NCBI RefSeq assembly: GCF_006345805.1
Contig: NC_042998.1
Coordinates: 30,690,001 to 30,754,000 of the forward strand
From: Octopus sinensis
Taxonomy: Eukaryota
Reading direction: 5' to 3'
Length of the DNA stretch: 64,000 nt
Shown: positions 1 to 12,979 of the stretch, one piece after another
How positions within the stretch are numbered: position 1 is the stretch's first letter
Layout: every line of letters begins with the position of its first letter
The notes under the pieces: generated by a model
Seen by the model: only the letters and a program-made list of their open reading frames with translations
What the model was told of the DNA's origin: nothing
Databases searched by the model: none
Translations under genes and position numbers: made by a program

Positions 1-289
1 ACCCCGAAAGGATGAAAGGCAAAGTCGACCTCGGTGGAATTTGAACTCTGAACGTAACGGCAAACGAAATACCTAAGGGGCTAAACACAGAGAGGACAAA
101 TAAGGACAGACAAAAGGATTAAGTCGATTACATCGACCCCAGTGCGTAACTGGTACTTAATTTATCGACCCCGAAAGGATGAAAGGCAAAGCCGAGCTCG
201 GCGGAATTTGAACTCAGAACGTAACGGCAGACGAAATACGGTTACGCATTTCACCCGGCGTGCTAACAATTCTGCCACCTCGCCGCCTT
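1..289 (-). mobile_element. tRNA-derived SINE family A (MetaSINE-like core), dimer cut by the window edge
   Basis: On the minus strand: head AAGGCGGCGAGGTGGCAGAATTGTTAGCACG (A box), B-box-like AGTTCAAATTCC, core GCCTTTCATCCTTTCGGGGTCGATAAATTAAGTACCAG, tail GTTTAGCCCCTT. The same sequence recurs more than 20 times in the window. The Meta-core assignment is from memory, not a search. Confidence 0.85.
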
Positions 290-1029
290 GTTTCCGTGTG
301 CCAAATCCACTCACAAAGCTTTGGTTGGCCTCAGGGAATAGCAAAAGACATTTACCCAAAGTCCACGCATTGAGACTGAACTGGGAATCATGTGGGTGTA
401 AATCAAACTTCTTTCCATACAGCCACGCCTCCAACTGTATGTATATGTGCATGTATGTATATCTTGCTATTATTCCTTAGACAATTCCCTCATTTATTAG
501 TCAATTATCTTATGAATATTACGAATGATAAATGTGTTGTATCAATAACATAAAATTTCTTTGATTTCATTTTATAATTTATCCATTAATAGTCACACAA
601 ATAATAAATATGTTGCGTGTATAATAGGTTACGTTTTTGATTTCGTTCTAGAGTTAAACTGTTATGTGCGTAGGCCGCAGTATTATGTGAATATAGCCAT
701 GCAACAAATAAAAAATAAAAACAATAACGATTTTAACTACATTTTCTAAGCATAATACCAACATTTGCAAAGGCTCGACAGAATATTATGGCTGTGTTTC
801 AGTACATTTTTATTGTTTGGCCTTTGTCTTGCGAGGAATTAATTTTTGAACTGGAAAAAAAAAGGAATCCAATAAATTTTCTTTTTGAAAAAATAGCTGT
901 TTTTCAGCTGTTTTTAGCTTCGTTGGGATTTGAACTTATATTGCTTGTAAAAGAAAAAAGTTGGAACTATGTAGGGAAGCCTACGTTTTTTTTTTTTTTT
1001 GTGTGTGTATTTCTTACTAATTTATCTCG

Positions 1030-4000
1030 ACCGAAATGTCGGTGGAGATAATTAGAGAAAATTGCTCCCTGGAAGAGGGTGATACTTTGGAGGCTAACCA
1101 CCCTCAAAAAAATGTTTGGTATCGCTTTCATACTATCATTTTCTTTCACTTAACAATTCATTTTTCATAAATTTTAATTATAATGTTCTATGTCCCCATG
1201 TCTTTTGGTGTCCCCCTCTGTGTCGCCCCTAGTGGGCAATAAAGAATCACCACCCTCAAAAAAATGTTACCAAAGGCTTCGCAGCAGTCACCACTGTACA
1301 AACTGAAAGGGAAAGAGAAGAAAGGAGGGACCCCCTCACGAGACGTGAGGTCGGCCCCTACAACGCCTACGAAAAGTAAGTAGAACTGTTATTTGTCTTT
1401 AAACTGTCAATACTTAAACTTGGTTGCTTAAATGTGCGTGGTCTGAGCTCGAAGTGGAAGTAAGCATGTTTCCTCGACGACCTCCCGAATAGCTATGAGA
1501 AACTAATGTCTCTTGGCCAGACCAGAGATGGATGGAGTGTAGTAGTCCTGGTCCGAAAAGGTTTGGCTCTGTAGACAAGTACAGTCTTTGTGGACCCTGA
1601 AGGTGGGCTGGTTGTCCTTGATGTGATTGATATACAACAGTAAGGCCTTCAGGTTGGTCGGTATTTATGCACCTTGAGCAAGTAGGCAGCAAACTGATGT
1701 CTATCGGCGCCTAGAGAACATTTTCGTGATATTACTTATGTTAGGAGACTATAATATCCTGGATGCATGTCTGGATAGCTGTGGCTCGACTGGTAAGAGT
1801 GTTAACTCATGCTTCATTGATCTGCTTAAGCGTTTTCAGCTAGCAGATCGTCACTTGAGCACCCGAGCGTCCCAGTGTGGACCTGGATGAATGGCGACGG
1901 TCTTACATAGAGAGGACATTTATAAGAAGTAGCGGTAAGTTTAGCTTTAGCTGTCCACAGTTTGTTCAAATCGCCTACACTGACCATAAAATGGTTAAAT
2001 GTAAACTGATCATAGATAGTACCTATAGACAGGGATCCGGCTACTGGAAGCTGAACAAGTCTACTGTGGCTTGTGGGGCATACCCTGACTGGATTAAAGA
2101 ATTAGTCAAAAGGGCATTAACCGGCACCGTGACGAACAACCAGTGGTGGTTTGCTCTAAAAGGAGTCATACGTTTTGAGTCTATTAGATTTAGCCGTCAG
2201 CTAAGTTTAGATAAGGCTAGGACAGAAGGGAACCTACTTAAGGCTTTAGAAGAGGCGTTGAGATTGGGCTCTGCATCCCAAATTTTGGCCTCGAGAACGG
2301 CCTTGAAACGTCACCACAATGCCAAACATGAGGGGTGCAGGGTTCGAACTTAAGTACGTGCATTGGGCCGCGAGAGAATTGATGTTGCCGGGTGGGCCCG
2401 TACGGTAGAGACCCAGCGTGGAAACGATGCCATACTTAGGTCTTTGATTGACGAAAAAGGACAGGATGTGTAAGACACTTGAGCACTTCGCCGAGTTGTT
2501 CGGGAGGAGCGGGACGCTAGACCACGGTGAGGCCCTACGGGACTTCCTGGCTGATGGCCCGCGTCTCTCGGCACGAGAGGCTGAGTGCTGTGATGGGCCG
2601 ATCACAGCTGTGGAAGTGATCGAGGCGCTATCCGAGTGCCCCAGGGACAAGTCGCCGGGTCGTGATGGTCTACCCTATGAATTTTACAAAAGTATGCCAG
2701 ACTTGTTCGGACACCTACTGGCCAGTGTCTACACCAACTGGCAGCAGAATGGAAGAATTCCAAGATCTGCGAGCCGTGGAAGGGGCTTGATCAGAAAGGA
2801 CCCGAGCAAGGGGGATATCATAAGTAATTTTCAGCCCATAACTCTGCTAAATACAGAGTTAAAGACTTTGGTCAAGGTGTTGGCAAAAAGGTTGGCGTGT
2901 GTCATAGAGAGACTTCTCGAGGAGGTGCAAACTTGCGCTATCCTGGACAGGTCAATTCACCACAATCTCCATCTTATACGCTACTCCTTAGAGAGGGTTG
3001 GGAACATTTCTGGTAAAAGGTGGGGCACTGGTACATTTAGACCAGTCTAAAGCATATGATAGGGTCGACCATCGGTACCTGGGGGCGGTCCTCGGGGCCA
3101 GGTTGGGCCCGACTTTCCATAAAGCGACATCGAGTCTATCGTCCGAGTGAACGGGTTTTTTTTTCAAAGCCGTTCAAGATTGAACGCTCAGTTCGCCAGA
3201 GATGTCTCCTTGTCACTACTTTTGTTTGTGTTGGTTCTTGAGCCATTGCTGCAGAAGTTGGAGGCTTTAGGGGGTGTGACGCATGATCTGTGGTGTGGAA
3301 GAGGAGCTACTGCGTATGCGGATGATATCTCCATCATCGTGTCCGAAGAAGGACACCTTTCTTATGTGGAAAACGCCATCAAAAGATACGAGGCGGTGGC
3401 AGGAGCAAAGGCTAACCATTACAAGTCAATTGATATGCAACTCGGCACCTGGATGGGCAAGTCGATCGTCCAATAACGTTGTTGTACGTTGGACGGAAGG
3501 TCCGGTTAAGTGCTAGGGGTTTGGTTCGGTCCAGATCTCCAGATAGAGTAGAATTGGGGCGAGGTCACGAGCAAGGTAACTGCCCTAACCTAGACCTGGT
3601 TTGGGCGAGCGTTGTCTTTGCTGGGGAGGGCGGAGGTGGCGCAGATATTCATAGCATCTGTCATCACCTACCGCCTGACTGTTGTGCCTTGCACCGATTT
3701 GTGGATGAACAAATTGGAGAGAATGCTTTTCCGCTTTTTGTGGAGGGGAGGAAAGCCACTTGTGGTGCGCTCTGTCTGCTGCCAGAAACCGCTAAAGGGT
3801 GGGCTAGGGATGCCTTGCCTGAGGATGCGAAAATTCGCATTAAGGTTGAGGCATCTCTGGCTTTACCTTGATAGGGAGCAGGTGTGGTTACAGCACGTAA
3901 GGTGTTATCTTCCACAGTTGACATCCTTAAGGGATATTGGTCCATTGATCAAACGAAGACCTAGGCTGGAGGACTGGCAATTGGAACGCTGTCAGGTACT

Positions 4001-4880
4001 CCAGCTACTCTCTCGGGTGGGCAATACCGGCAACAGGTGTTCCACTGCGGATTTCTATAGCGGTTTAGTGCAATTTATGTCAGACGATGTCCTCGGGGAG
4101 GCCCTGCGATTCGATGGAAGTTACTTGATCAATATGTTCAGGAGAACTTTCGGGCCGGGGTAACTGGATAATTACCAGAAATCCCTGGCTTGGCAGTGTT
4201 ACCGTTCAGCTTTGCCTGTTCGAGACAGGCTGTCAAGGCACGGAAGTGCCGTCTCGCCGACACGCTCGAGGTGCGAGCGGGACAGAGAAACTGTCTTGCA
4301 CGCCTTCGTGGAGTGTCCGGAATTATTGGGACTGATAGCTTTTGTCGTGCACTGTTGTCTGCGTTAGGAGTACAGCTATCGGCTCAGTCTGTCATCAAGA
4401 TTGTACCGCCTCCTTTCCTTAACAGGGAAAAGGAAAGCTAGTTTTTTTTCCGCGTAGTAGCCATACTGAAAGAAACAGTATGGCAGATGCGTGTAAGAGG
4501 AATAGTGACAGGTTCCTTCGTCTCCGGTCAGGGGTTGGTTAACTTCTTTAGTTACCACCTCGATAGTAAGATCAGGCTATGGAAGTAAGCAGTGAACGTA
4601 CTGCGAGTGACTGGAACCAGGTAAGTGGAGCCAGAGGAAAGAGTAAAGGTTCGAACCTGGCGGTTGGATGCCTTTCTTTCAGGTATACACATTGCAAAAT
4701 TTGCAATGATTATCATATTTAATTTGAAATATATATAACTTTTAGCCGGATAACATTTGTATATATCATCATCCGCAACTTTTCTTTCGTGGCAAAGCAA
4801 CTTCTTCAGCCTCTGTGTTTGTCTGTCCTTGTTTATCCCATCTATGTAAGGCTTCTATAACCAATTTCATGAAATAAAAA
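1030..4880 (+). mobile_element. Decayed Tx1/L1-clade non-LTR retrotransposon (ORF1 C-terminus plus ORF2 APE-RT-zinc knuckle)
   Basis: ORF2 starts LSILKLGCLNVRGL (~1402). It then shows TDHK...GSGYWKLNKS, KSPGRDGLPYEFYK, PITLLNTELK, a VRQ..L.LLFVLVLEP segment, AYADD (~3312), GGLGMP and RCERDRETVLHAFVECP (~4270). Many frameshifts and stops. The 3' UTR ends ATGAAATAAAAAA at ~4880. Confidence 0.92.
1117..1248 (+). mobile_element. 132-bp 5'-truncated Tx1-type 3' end nested in ORF1 of the LINE, with a 20-bp TSD
   Basis: Exact direct repeat ACCACCCTCAAAAAAATGTT at 1097-1116 and 1249-1268. The insert ends GTCGCCCCTAGTGGGCAATAAAGAATC. Removing it restores an open frame from 1036 to the TAA at ~1377. 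Confidence 0.8.
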
Positions 4881-5265
4881 AGCTTGGTTTCCAACCCCAT
4901 GGTTCCGAGTTCAGTACCAATGCGTGGCAACTTGGGCAAGTTTCTTCTACTAGAGCCTCAGGCCGACGAAAGCCTTGTGACTGGATTTGGTAGACGGAAA
5001 CTGAAAGAAGCCCGCTGCGTATCTATCTATATATATGTGTGTGTGCGTGTGTGTGTGTGTGTGTGTATTTGTGTGCCCGTGTTTGTGCCCCCAGCACATC
5101 GCTTGACAACCGATGTTGGTGTGTTTACATCCGCGTAACTTTGTCGTTCGGCAAAAAGAGAACCGATAGAATAAGTACTAGGCTTACAAGGAATAAGTCC
5201 TCGGGTCGATTTGTTCGATTAAAAGCGGTGCTCCAGCATGGCCGCACTCAAGATGACTGAAGAAA
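4881..5265 (+). mobile_element. SINE family B (5'-truncated)
   Basis: B box GGTTCCGAGTTCAGTACC, CTTGGGCAAG block, internal (TA)/(TG) microsatellite, and tail GGTGCTCCAGCATGGCCGCA...GACTGAAG. Confidence 0.85.
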
Positions 5266-5379
5266 TCAGTAAAATAATTTTTAAAAAAAGAAAAAGAATG
5301 TGTGTGTGTGTACTCGCGGACGCTTACGTATCCAAGATGTATTTTTGTTAGCCTTCACTGCGATATTCTTCGTTCGTAA

Positions 5380-5776
5380 TCTTTATATATAAAAGTAAGG
5401 TTGTGTGCTGTCTGTCTCCTACGATTTAGATTCCTAACTACTCCCATATTTTAACCATATTTTAACCAAAACCGGGTATCTTATAGTCGTGGTTCATATC
5501 GAGCCCTTCTGGGTATTAGCGCGCGTCTACGATGAGTCTACGATTAAAAAAAAATTTACCATCAATTTTTCCCATTTCTAATGCATTTTTGGCATATATA
5601 AGGGAAGTAACTCTCTAAAAGTTTATTATTAAATCTCAGAACGTAAAAAGCTACAGTAACACCCCCCCCCTTTGTGGTTAACGATATTGAGATGGCTATT
5701 ATACTTTACATCTCTAAATATGCTTATATAGTTATTTCCCCTTACAAACCCGAGCAACGCCGGGCGATACTGCTAG
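5380..5776 (+). mobile_element. Non-autonomous Helitron (397 bp)
   Basis: Inserted between A5379 and T5777. 5' end TCTTTATATATAAAAG, 3' end CTAG (5773-5776), subterminal hairpin CCCG-AGCAACGC-CGGG (5749-5764), no TSD. Confidence 0.85.
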
Positions 5777-6419
5777 TTGTTTATATATAAAAGTATACGA
5801 CAACGACTGTTATTACATCTATTATTGCGAAAATAGTCCTTCCCGAATTTCTACTGTTATGTGGCCTTTCAACTAGTCTTTTCTTTTTTTTTTTGTTTAC
5901 AAAAATACTGAAATTCGAAACTCGCAGCTTCTCTTAAGGAGAAAACAATGTTGTACAAACAGTAAAAAAAAAGGTAATTGGAGGAAATTAATAGTGTAAA
6001 ATGAGAAGCATTGACGTGTATTTGAACTACTTAATGAATTTTAGAGTATCTGTCCGTGAAGTAAAAAAAAGCCAAAACAAAATAATTGAGTTCGTTAGAT
6101 TAGGTTGCCGTGGGAATTCGAAAGAAATGCTTCAAACCATACCTCGGTGATTCTAAAAATGTTAACTTAATTTCAAACATTTATTAAGAATGAAATAAAA
6201 GGCGAAAGGATTTTTTTTCTCTTTTTATTCTATAAAAATGATGTCTATATTTGGCCTGAAGCTATTAATTATAGAGGAGAAGCAGTCGGTTTAATAAAGC
6301 GTAGCATCTGGCTCTCCCTAGCCACTACGTAGACACATCATTTACAAGAAATAGCAGTCAAAATTCCCCCTCTCCTATTTCACCTTATTGCTTGCAAATG
6401 GGAATAATAATAATAATAA

Positions 6420-6775
6420 TAATAATAATAAGGAAGGGGATAAGTCGATTATATCGACCCCAATGTGTCACTGGTACTTAACCTATAGACCCCGAAGGGA
6501 TGAATGACAGAGTCGTCCTCGATGTAATTTGAACTCAGAACGTAAAGTCGGACGAAATGCCTATTTCGTTATTGCCCACAAGGAGCTAAACACAGAGGGG
6601 ACAAACAAGGACAGACAAACGGATGAAGTCGATTACATCGACCCCAGTGCTTAACTGGTACTTAATTTATCGACCCCGAAAGGATGAAAGGCAAAGTCGA
6701 CCTCGGCGGAATTTGAACTCAGAACGTAAAGTCGGACGAAATGCCGCGAAGCATTTTGTTCGACGTGCAAATAAT
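6420..6775 (-). mobile_element. SINE A dimer; 3'-most unit is divergent and has an (ATT)n tail
   Basis: Two core units joined at GAAATA-GG-CATTTC. The terminal unit ends ATCCCCTTCC(TTA)n rather than the Tx1-type tail. Confidence 0.8.
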
Positions 6776-7435
6776 AGTCTTTTAAATATGAAAAACATTT
6801 AATTTTTAGATTTGCACTCTGAAGCACGGGTGGAAAACTTACTAGTTAGAGTGAGAGCACCTCAGGGTTGTGCTGGCTCTTGCTGCTTCCTCCCTTGTTT
6901 TTGAGTTACGCTTTAGTAAAATAAACAAGGCCAATAATTACAGTCAATTTTTCAATCCGAAGCAAGTACTTTTTTTCTAAACTCCCAAAGTTTTCCCAGA
7001 AGAGAACTTGCTCCTAGGAGAAAGTTAAATATCTGTTCACAAAAAGTAACCATAGTAATGCTGATTCCATACAACTGAATTATTTTTTTTTCTAAAATGA
7101 TTTATTTGAAATAAAATCTGAAATAAGGAGAAGACGCATAAATGCATGTTTTTTGCAGCTTTCTTGATAAATGTGTCACACTACACAGATGATCGTTCAA
7201 TTCTGTCAGACTTTGTACCAGAACAAATATCATGATAACGTCGATATTATGCATGCAGATGATACCGCAGTCATGCAGCCTCATTTTCACTGATGTAATT
7301 AAGAGTATAGGTCTAACACAAAATATTAATAAATATTTTGTATCAACAAATATCGAACCAGTAGAAACCAGGTCCAGCTACTTGGGTTCTTGAATATCGG
7401 GTGGGGAACGAACGCAGATATTGTGAAGAGGGCCA

Positions 7436-7731
7436 GATCGACCCTGAAAGGATGAAAGGCAAAGTCAACCTCGGCGGAATTTGAACTCAGAACGTAGCGG
7501 CAGACGAAATACCTATTTCTTTACTACTCACAAGGGGCTAAACACAGAGGGGACAAACAAGGACAGACAAACGGATTAAGTCGATTAAGTGCGTAACTGG
7601 TACTTATTTAATCGACCCCGAAAGAATGAAAGGCAAAGTCGACCTCGGCGGAATTTGAACTCAGAACGTAACGGCAGACGAAATACGGCATTTCGCCCGG
7701 CCTGCTAACGTTTCTGCCAGCTCGCCGCCTT
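7436..7731 (-). mobile_element. SINE A dimer
   Basis: Head ends at 7731. Junction AAAGAAATAGG|TATTTCGTC at ~7510. Confidence 0.85.
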
Positions 7732-8324
7732 ACCGTGAACGCATACAGCAATGCTTATAGTTTGTACTATCTTGTTATGGTTAACACATAAACTGTGTTT
7801 ATGTGAATTTTTGGTAAATGATGCTATCTCTTTGAATTAGAATTTCACTGGATTCTATTTACATTTACAAAGTATTTAGTGTGTCTCGTAAATTTCAGAT
7901 TTCAACTTCCCATGATACAGACCTACTTATTGCGCCATCTGTTTGTGTATCGAATTTTTATCGCTCGATCAGCGACCTAGACGCCGACCCAATGACCTTT
8001 CTGACCTCTCTATTTTATTGCTTTATAATGGACTTAAATTTAAAGAAAAATTGATGTTATTTCATGCAATTTGATCGATCGTTCAGTCATTTATTATTGG
8101 CTTCGGATATTTCCCCATCATCTGCGCATGAATGTTTTCCGTTGGCTTACGTGTGAGCGCACGCAACTTTGCGTCAGAGAATGTGTGAATGTGTTTAAAA
8201 CAACGATGTTTTACAATATTATCCGCTATTATCATTCTTAGCCAAGTAAGAAGCTGCAGATGCTTGGACTAAATACATTGCGATATTCAATTAAGTGTTT
8301 GTTTTCAGTTCAAATCTCGTCGTT

Positions 8325-8624
8325 GAGGCACATGGCCTTGTGGTTAGAGCCACGGACTCGCAGTCGAGGGGTCGCGGGTTCGAATCTCAGACCGGGCGAT
8401 GTGTGTATTTATGAGCGAAACACCTAAGCTCCACGTGGCTCCGGCAGAAGGTAATGGCGAACTTCTGCTGACCCTTTCGCCACGACTTTCTCTCACTCTT
8501 TCCTCTTGCATGTTGCAGCTCAGCTGAGACGGATTGGCGTCCCGTCCGGGTGGGGAACCTATACGCCAAGGAAACCAGGAAACCGGCCCTTATGAGCCAG
8601 GCATGGCTTGAGAAGGAACAAACA
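8325..8624 (+). mobile_element. tRNA-derived SINE family C
   Basis: A box TGGCCTTGTGG, B box GGTTCGAATCTC, body AGCGAAACACCTAAGCTCCACG, 3' GGAAACCGGCCC-ATGAGCC. Homologous to 21324-21630, 22267-22780 and 28857-29050. Confidence 0.85.
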
Positions 8625-9242
8625 AATCTTGTCGTAGTTGACATTGTCCTTTCAAACACTCCGAAACCTGAAGTGGTCGGTCGAGTGAAGTTGAAGTAAT
8701 GTGCTTGAGGTCAGCCCGTTCATAATTTACCCGTGTGTATATAAATTGCTAATTAACTCGATCATAAATCTCTAATTGAAAGTGACATTATATTTCCATA
8801 ATTTTTTGTAGGTGTTCCTTGGATGAAATTTTTTTTTCAATTACAAAAAGTAACTATTTATCCCCAGTGATATTTTTTCTACGCACCGAAATTAAATACC
8901 GCAAATCAATTAGTCTAGCATTCTAGCGTTTCACTATATGACGATCATTTTTAAAATAGTCTTTGAACAAATGTTATTGAATTGCTATTCATGACGTGAT
9001 GTGTGAAGACAATTAAATAAATATGAATGAATCCAGACGTTTATCTCAATGAAAATTCGCATTCTTAAAGCGAAACATCTACGCCTCCCATCTGATATAC
9101 ACATAATAGTTTGAACTTACCTCGCTTACAACCTTGTGGTAATGGAATAATAATGTAAGTGATTTCTAGACCATTTGGGGGTCTACTTCTAGCAAGACTA
9201 GCGTTGTAATTATTCAATGCTCTTATTGTAATATATATATAA

Positions 9243-9424
9243 AGGGAGAGTTTACGAAAAAAACAAAAGACGAAGACAGGTGGTGTAGAAAACAAATATA
9301 TGTATTAGTATAACGCTCAGGAATAGAAAAAGTATTTTTACGTTTCGAGCCTATGCTCTTCTACAGAAAGGGACACAGAAAAAATACAAGGGGAGAAAAA
9401 ATGTGTGTACTGGCTAACGATCTA
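9243..9424 (-). mobile_element. ~185-bp Penelope-type non-autonomous element (family E) with a hammerhead-like motif
   Basis: Homologous to 40707-40915 and 63221-63410 and abuts (TA)n. The minus strand carries CTGTAGA-A-GAGC-ATAG-GCTC-GAAAC-GTA. Confidence 0.7.
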
Positions 9425-9558
9425 TATTAATAGGCTGGATTTCTCATATTATAACACTATAATTATAAATGGAACAAGTTAGCATATAAAATAAATAGTT
9501 AGGAAGATAGATAGATAGATAGGTAGGTAGTAGGTAGGTAGGTAGGTAGATAGGTAGG

Positions 9559-9594
<36 letters not shown>

Positions 9595-9781
9595 AAGAAC
9601 GGTCATTTAGAACAGTAAATAAGCAAAAGACTTGTCCTGCTTCATAATTTAATTCTGCTCTGTCACTAAAATAGACGCCAAGACAGAAGTTGCAGAATAA
9701 TAAAATTAACCGATAACTTATTAGCAATTTTGTAATATTTATATATTCCTTAAGAATTTGGCTCTATGTATGTTTTATGTA

Positions 9782-11021
9782 TTGGGTCATCCCATAAATA
9801 ATGCGGTTTTTTTCAATTGCATGAACTGAAAGTCGGAGGGGGATGGGATAAACTACCTGCATCAACTTGCTATAAAAGCAGGTAGTAATTTTACATTGTC
9901 CTTAATTTTAGTGCACGTTTTGAAGAGTACAGTTCGATTTTAACGGCTATTTTCTTCAAAGCTATAATGGAAAAGACAAATGAGCGTATTCAGCATAATT
10001 TGCTTTATGAATTCAATAAAGGTAACAATGCATCGGAAATTGCGAGGAATATTAATGCAATATATGGGGATTGGCCAATAAGCGTAAGCCAGTGTCAACG
10101 GGTTTCCAGAAATTCCCAGCCGGGAATTACAACCTAGAAGATGAGCTTCATCCTGGAAGATCTGTAGAACCCGACGAGGACGACGTGCAAACCCTGGTGG
10201 AACAAAATCCCATCATAAATGTTGAGGAACTAGCCGAGAAGCTTGGATTTGGTCATTCAACCATTCATTGACATCTGCGTGCCATCGGAAAAGTCAGCAA
10301 ACTGGGTCAGTGGACTCCTAACAAACTTTCCGAGTGTAATCGCGCGCAGAGATTGAATGTATGCTTTTCTTTGCTTTGACGTCTCACGAATGATCCTTTT
10401 GGGGGCTGAATAGTGTCTGGTGACGAGAAAAGAGTTCTCTTTAAAAATGTCAAGCGCCGAAACCTAGCACCGCAGGCTAAAGAAACTCTTCGCCCACGTA
10501 AGGTGTTGTTATCTGTTTCATGGGATATGAAAGGTTTTCTCCATTTTGAACTTTTAAACCCGAACCAAACGATAACAAACGAGAACTACTGCGAGCAGTT
10601 TGAATGGCTTAAATCAGCGCTAGAATAAAAAACACCCATCTTTGGTTTCAAGATGAAAGGTATTCTTCCATTAGGATAATGCTTGGCCACATACAGCGAG
10701 GATGACATTCCAAAGGTTGGAGCAGTTTGAATGGGAAACGATGCCCCACCCACCATATTTGCCGAACATTGCCCCCATCTGATTATCATTTATTCCGCTG
10801 TCTTCAAAATCATTTGGACACAAAAATATGAATTCTGTAGACGAGGTCAGAACAGTCCTGGAGGAGTATTTTTCGTCACGGACGAGTGACTTTGGAAGAT
10901 AGATGGAAGAGCATTGTAGAAAATGAAGGAGAGTATATTTTAGATTAAAAATGAACTTTGTTTATCTCAATTTTGAAAAATAAAAGTGTAAAACAACCGC
11001 ATTATTTATGGGATGACCCAA
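9782..11021 (+). mobile_element. Full-length decayed mariner transposon
   Basis: Perfect 27-bp TIRs TTGGGTCATCCCATAAATAATGCGGTT (9782-9808 and 10995-11021), flanked by TA. Transposase remnants MEKTNERIQHNLLYEFNKG, SGDEKRVLFKNVKR and PHPPYLPNIAPSDYHLFR, with stops and frameshifts. Confidence 0.95.
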
Positions 11022-11379
11022 TATGTATATTAGAAAAAATAAAATAATTCACGCGCTTACACCGGGAAGCATTCATGCGAGCGGCAGCTATATGGAAATT
11101 GCAAAAGAAAGGTGTTCTTCGCGGAAACCGATGTTTCATATTTACAGAAAATTCGTAAAGTTCCGCTTCTGCCGTAGAGTGTGGATAGAAAACCTGAAGA
11201 AGGAAATTATGAGGTTATTTTTATTTCATTGAGGAAATAAAAATCCGTAGTGACTATTGCGGATATTGCGGATAGTGAGGATAATCACCATGGAGTTGTT
11301 GAAACCCGTTGTCACCCATGAAACAAAAGAAATGTATCGGAAACTCCACTCTTAAATTTTTATGATGTATATACATACA

Positions 11380-11610
11380 TGTGGCCTGGTGGTTGGGGTG
11401 TTTCACTCACGTTCGCGAGATCGTCGTTTCAATTCCTAGACCGAATTGCGCGTTGTGTCCGAGAGCAAACCACTTCAGTTCACGTTGCTCTGCGATCACT
11501 TTGACACGTGACGTGTGACACACAGTGCACCGGCTCAGACAACGTCGATTTGATGGAAGGATTGAACAGATGTGCAACACATGCATTTGATCTCTATTAA
11601 TAAACCATTT
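11380..11610 (+). mobile_element. Diverged tRNA-derived SINE (family D-like)
   Basis: GTGGCCTGGTGGTT A box, GTTTCAATTCC B box, and a TTGTGTCCGAGAGCAAACCACTTCAGTTCACGTTGCTC block resembling 22980-23030. Confidence 0.55.
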
Positions 11611-11670
11611 GCGCAGGTCTTTCGGCAAAAGTTGAACACTGATACGTCATGTTCGACGAGAGAGTCCATC

Positions 11671-11716
<46 letters not shown>

Positions 11717-11718
<2 letters not shown>

Positions 11719-11924
11719 TTTTATTGTTTTACTTGTTTCAGTCATTTGACTGCGGCCATTTTGGAGCACCGCCATTAGTCTCAAACAAATCGACCCCAGG
11801 ACTTGTTGGTAAGCCTAGCATATATTCTATCGGTTTTCTTTTGCCAAACAGCTAAGTTACAGGGACGTAAACGCACCAACATCGGTTGTCAAACGACGGT
11901 GAAGACACCCACACGCACACACAC

Positions 11925-11970
<46 letters not shown>

Positions 11971-12130
11971 CGACGGGTTTCTTTCAGTTTCCGTTGACCA
12001 AATCCACTCACAAGGCTTTGTTCGGCCCGAGGCTATAATAGAAGACATTTGCCAAGGTGGCACGCAGTGGAACTGAACCTTGAGCCATGTCATTGGAAAG
12101 CAAACTTCTTACCACACAGCCACTTCTGTG

Positions 12131-12133
<3 letters not shown>
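11717..12133 (-). mobile_element. SINE B, full length
   Basis: tRNA-like head, internal (TA)n(CA)n and GACTGAAACAAGTAAAA tail on the minus strand. Confidence 0.85.
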
Positions 12134-12197
<64 letters not shown>

Positions 12198-12468
12198 ACT
12201 AATATACATATGCCTGCATACGCACATATATGTATGTGCATGTACGTGTGTATGTGCGTACAAGATTTCCTTAAAATCTTCAAGTGAATAATAGTATGAT
12301 TTACACGTAAAGAACAAAGGTCTGTCCCTAGAATTCTAGAATTTTAATAACAACAATATCAAAAATTTGCATTTTGAATTTTAGACAATAGTTTTGATCG
12401 GGTGCGATGTATATATAATAGAAAAATGTTACAAAAATAGAAACTACACGTGGAAATGTAAGGTGAAA

Positions 12469-12509
<41 letters not shown>

Positions 12510-12512
<3 letters not shown>

Positions 12513-12794
12513 TGGCAGACTAGTCAGGTTGCCAGCTTACCCAATGGCAAGTGGGCCCCTGCGCAATTAGAATCCATATATGGGGGCCTATGTTAATATC
12601 TAAGACGCCCATCTCCTCAAGTTTGAGAATTTTTTATTCACTCATGGAAAAATGCATTAATTATTTCTGCCTCGCTGTGTTTGTTGGCAGTCGAAAAGAA
12701 TACTTTCAAAAAAAATTAAATGATAGCATTGTAGCCGCGGGTGGGCCCCCTTAGTCTCCTGGCAACCAATATTTTTAGACCCAATCTGCCACTG
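12510..12794. mobile_element. hAT-like MITE (285 bp)
   Basis: TIRs CAGTGGCAGA / TCTGCCACTG with internal GGGCCCC subterminal motifs. The TSD is obscured by flanking microsatellites. Confidence 0.65.
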
Positions 12795-12979
12795 TGCATG
12801 TGTGTGTGCGTGTGTATGTTAATCCACTTCGGAAAAGCGGATACCCTGAAACTCTCAAACTCCCTTCCTTCAGGTGAAAATTAGCAAAATTAGCATTCTG
12901 GTATATAAGTGCATATACATGTATATGTGTGTATATATAGCTAGTTGTATGTTGTGTAAATAGGTATTTTTAATTATAT

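Noticed and set aside
142-480. Recurring ORFs such as MRNWYL...RPRKDERQSRPRRNLNSER (also 15611, 19891, 25268, 27168)
   Set aside because: They are antisense readings of SINE A, not a gene family.
4775-4815. Minus-strand CTGAAGA-A-GTTGC TTT GCCAC-GAAA hammerhead-like core
   Set aside because: No stem III, NUH site or stem I partner follows.
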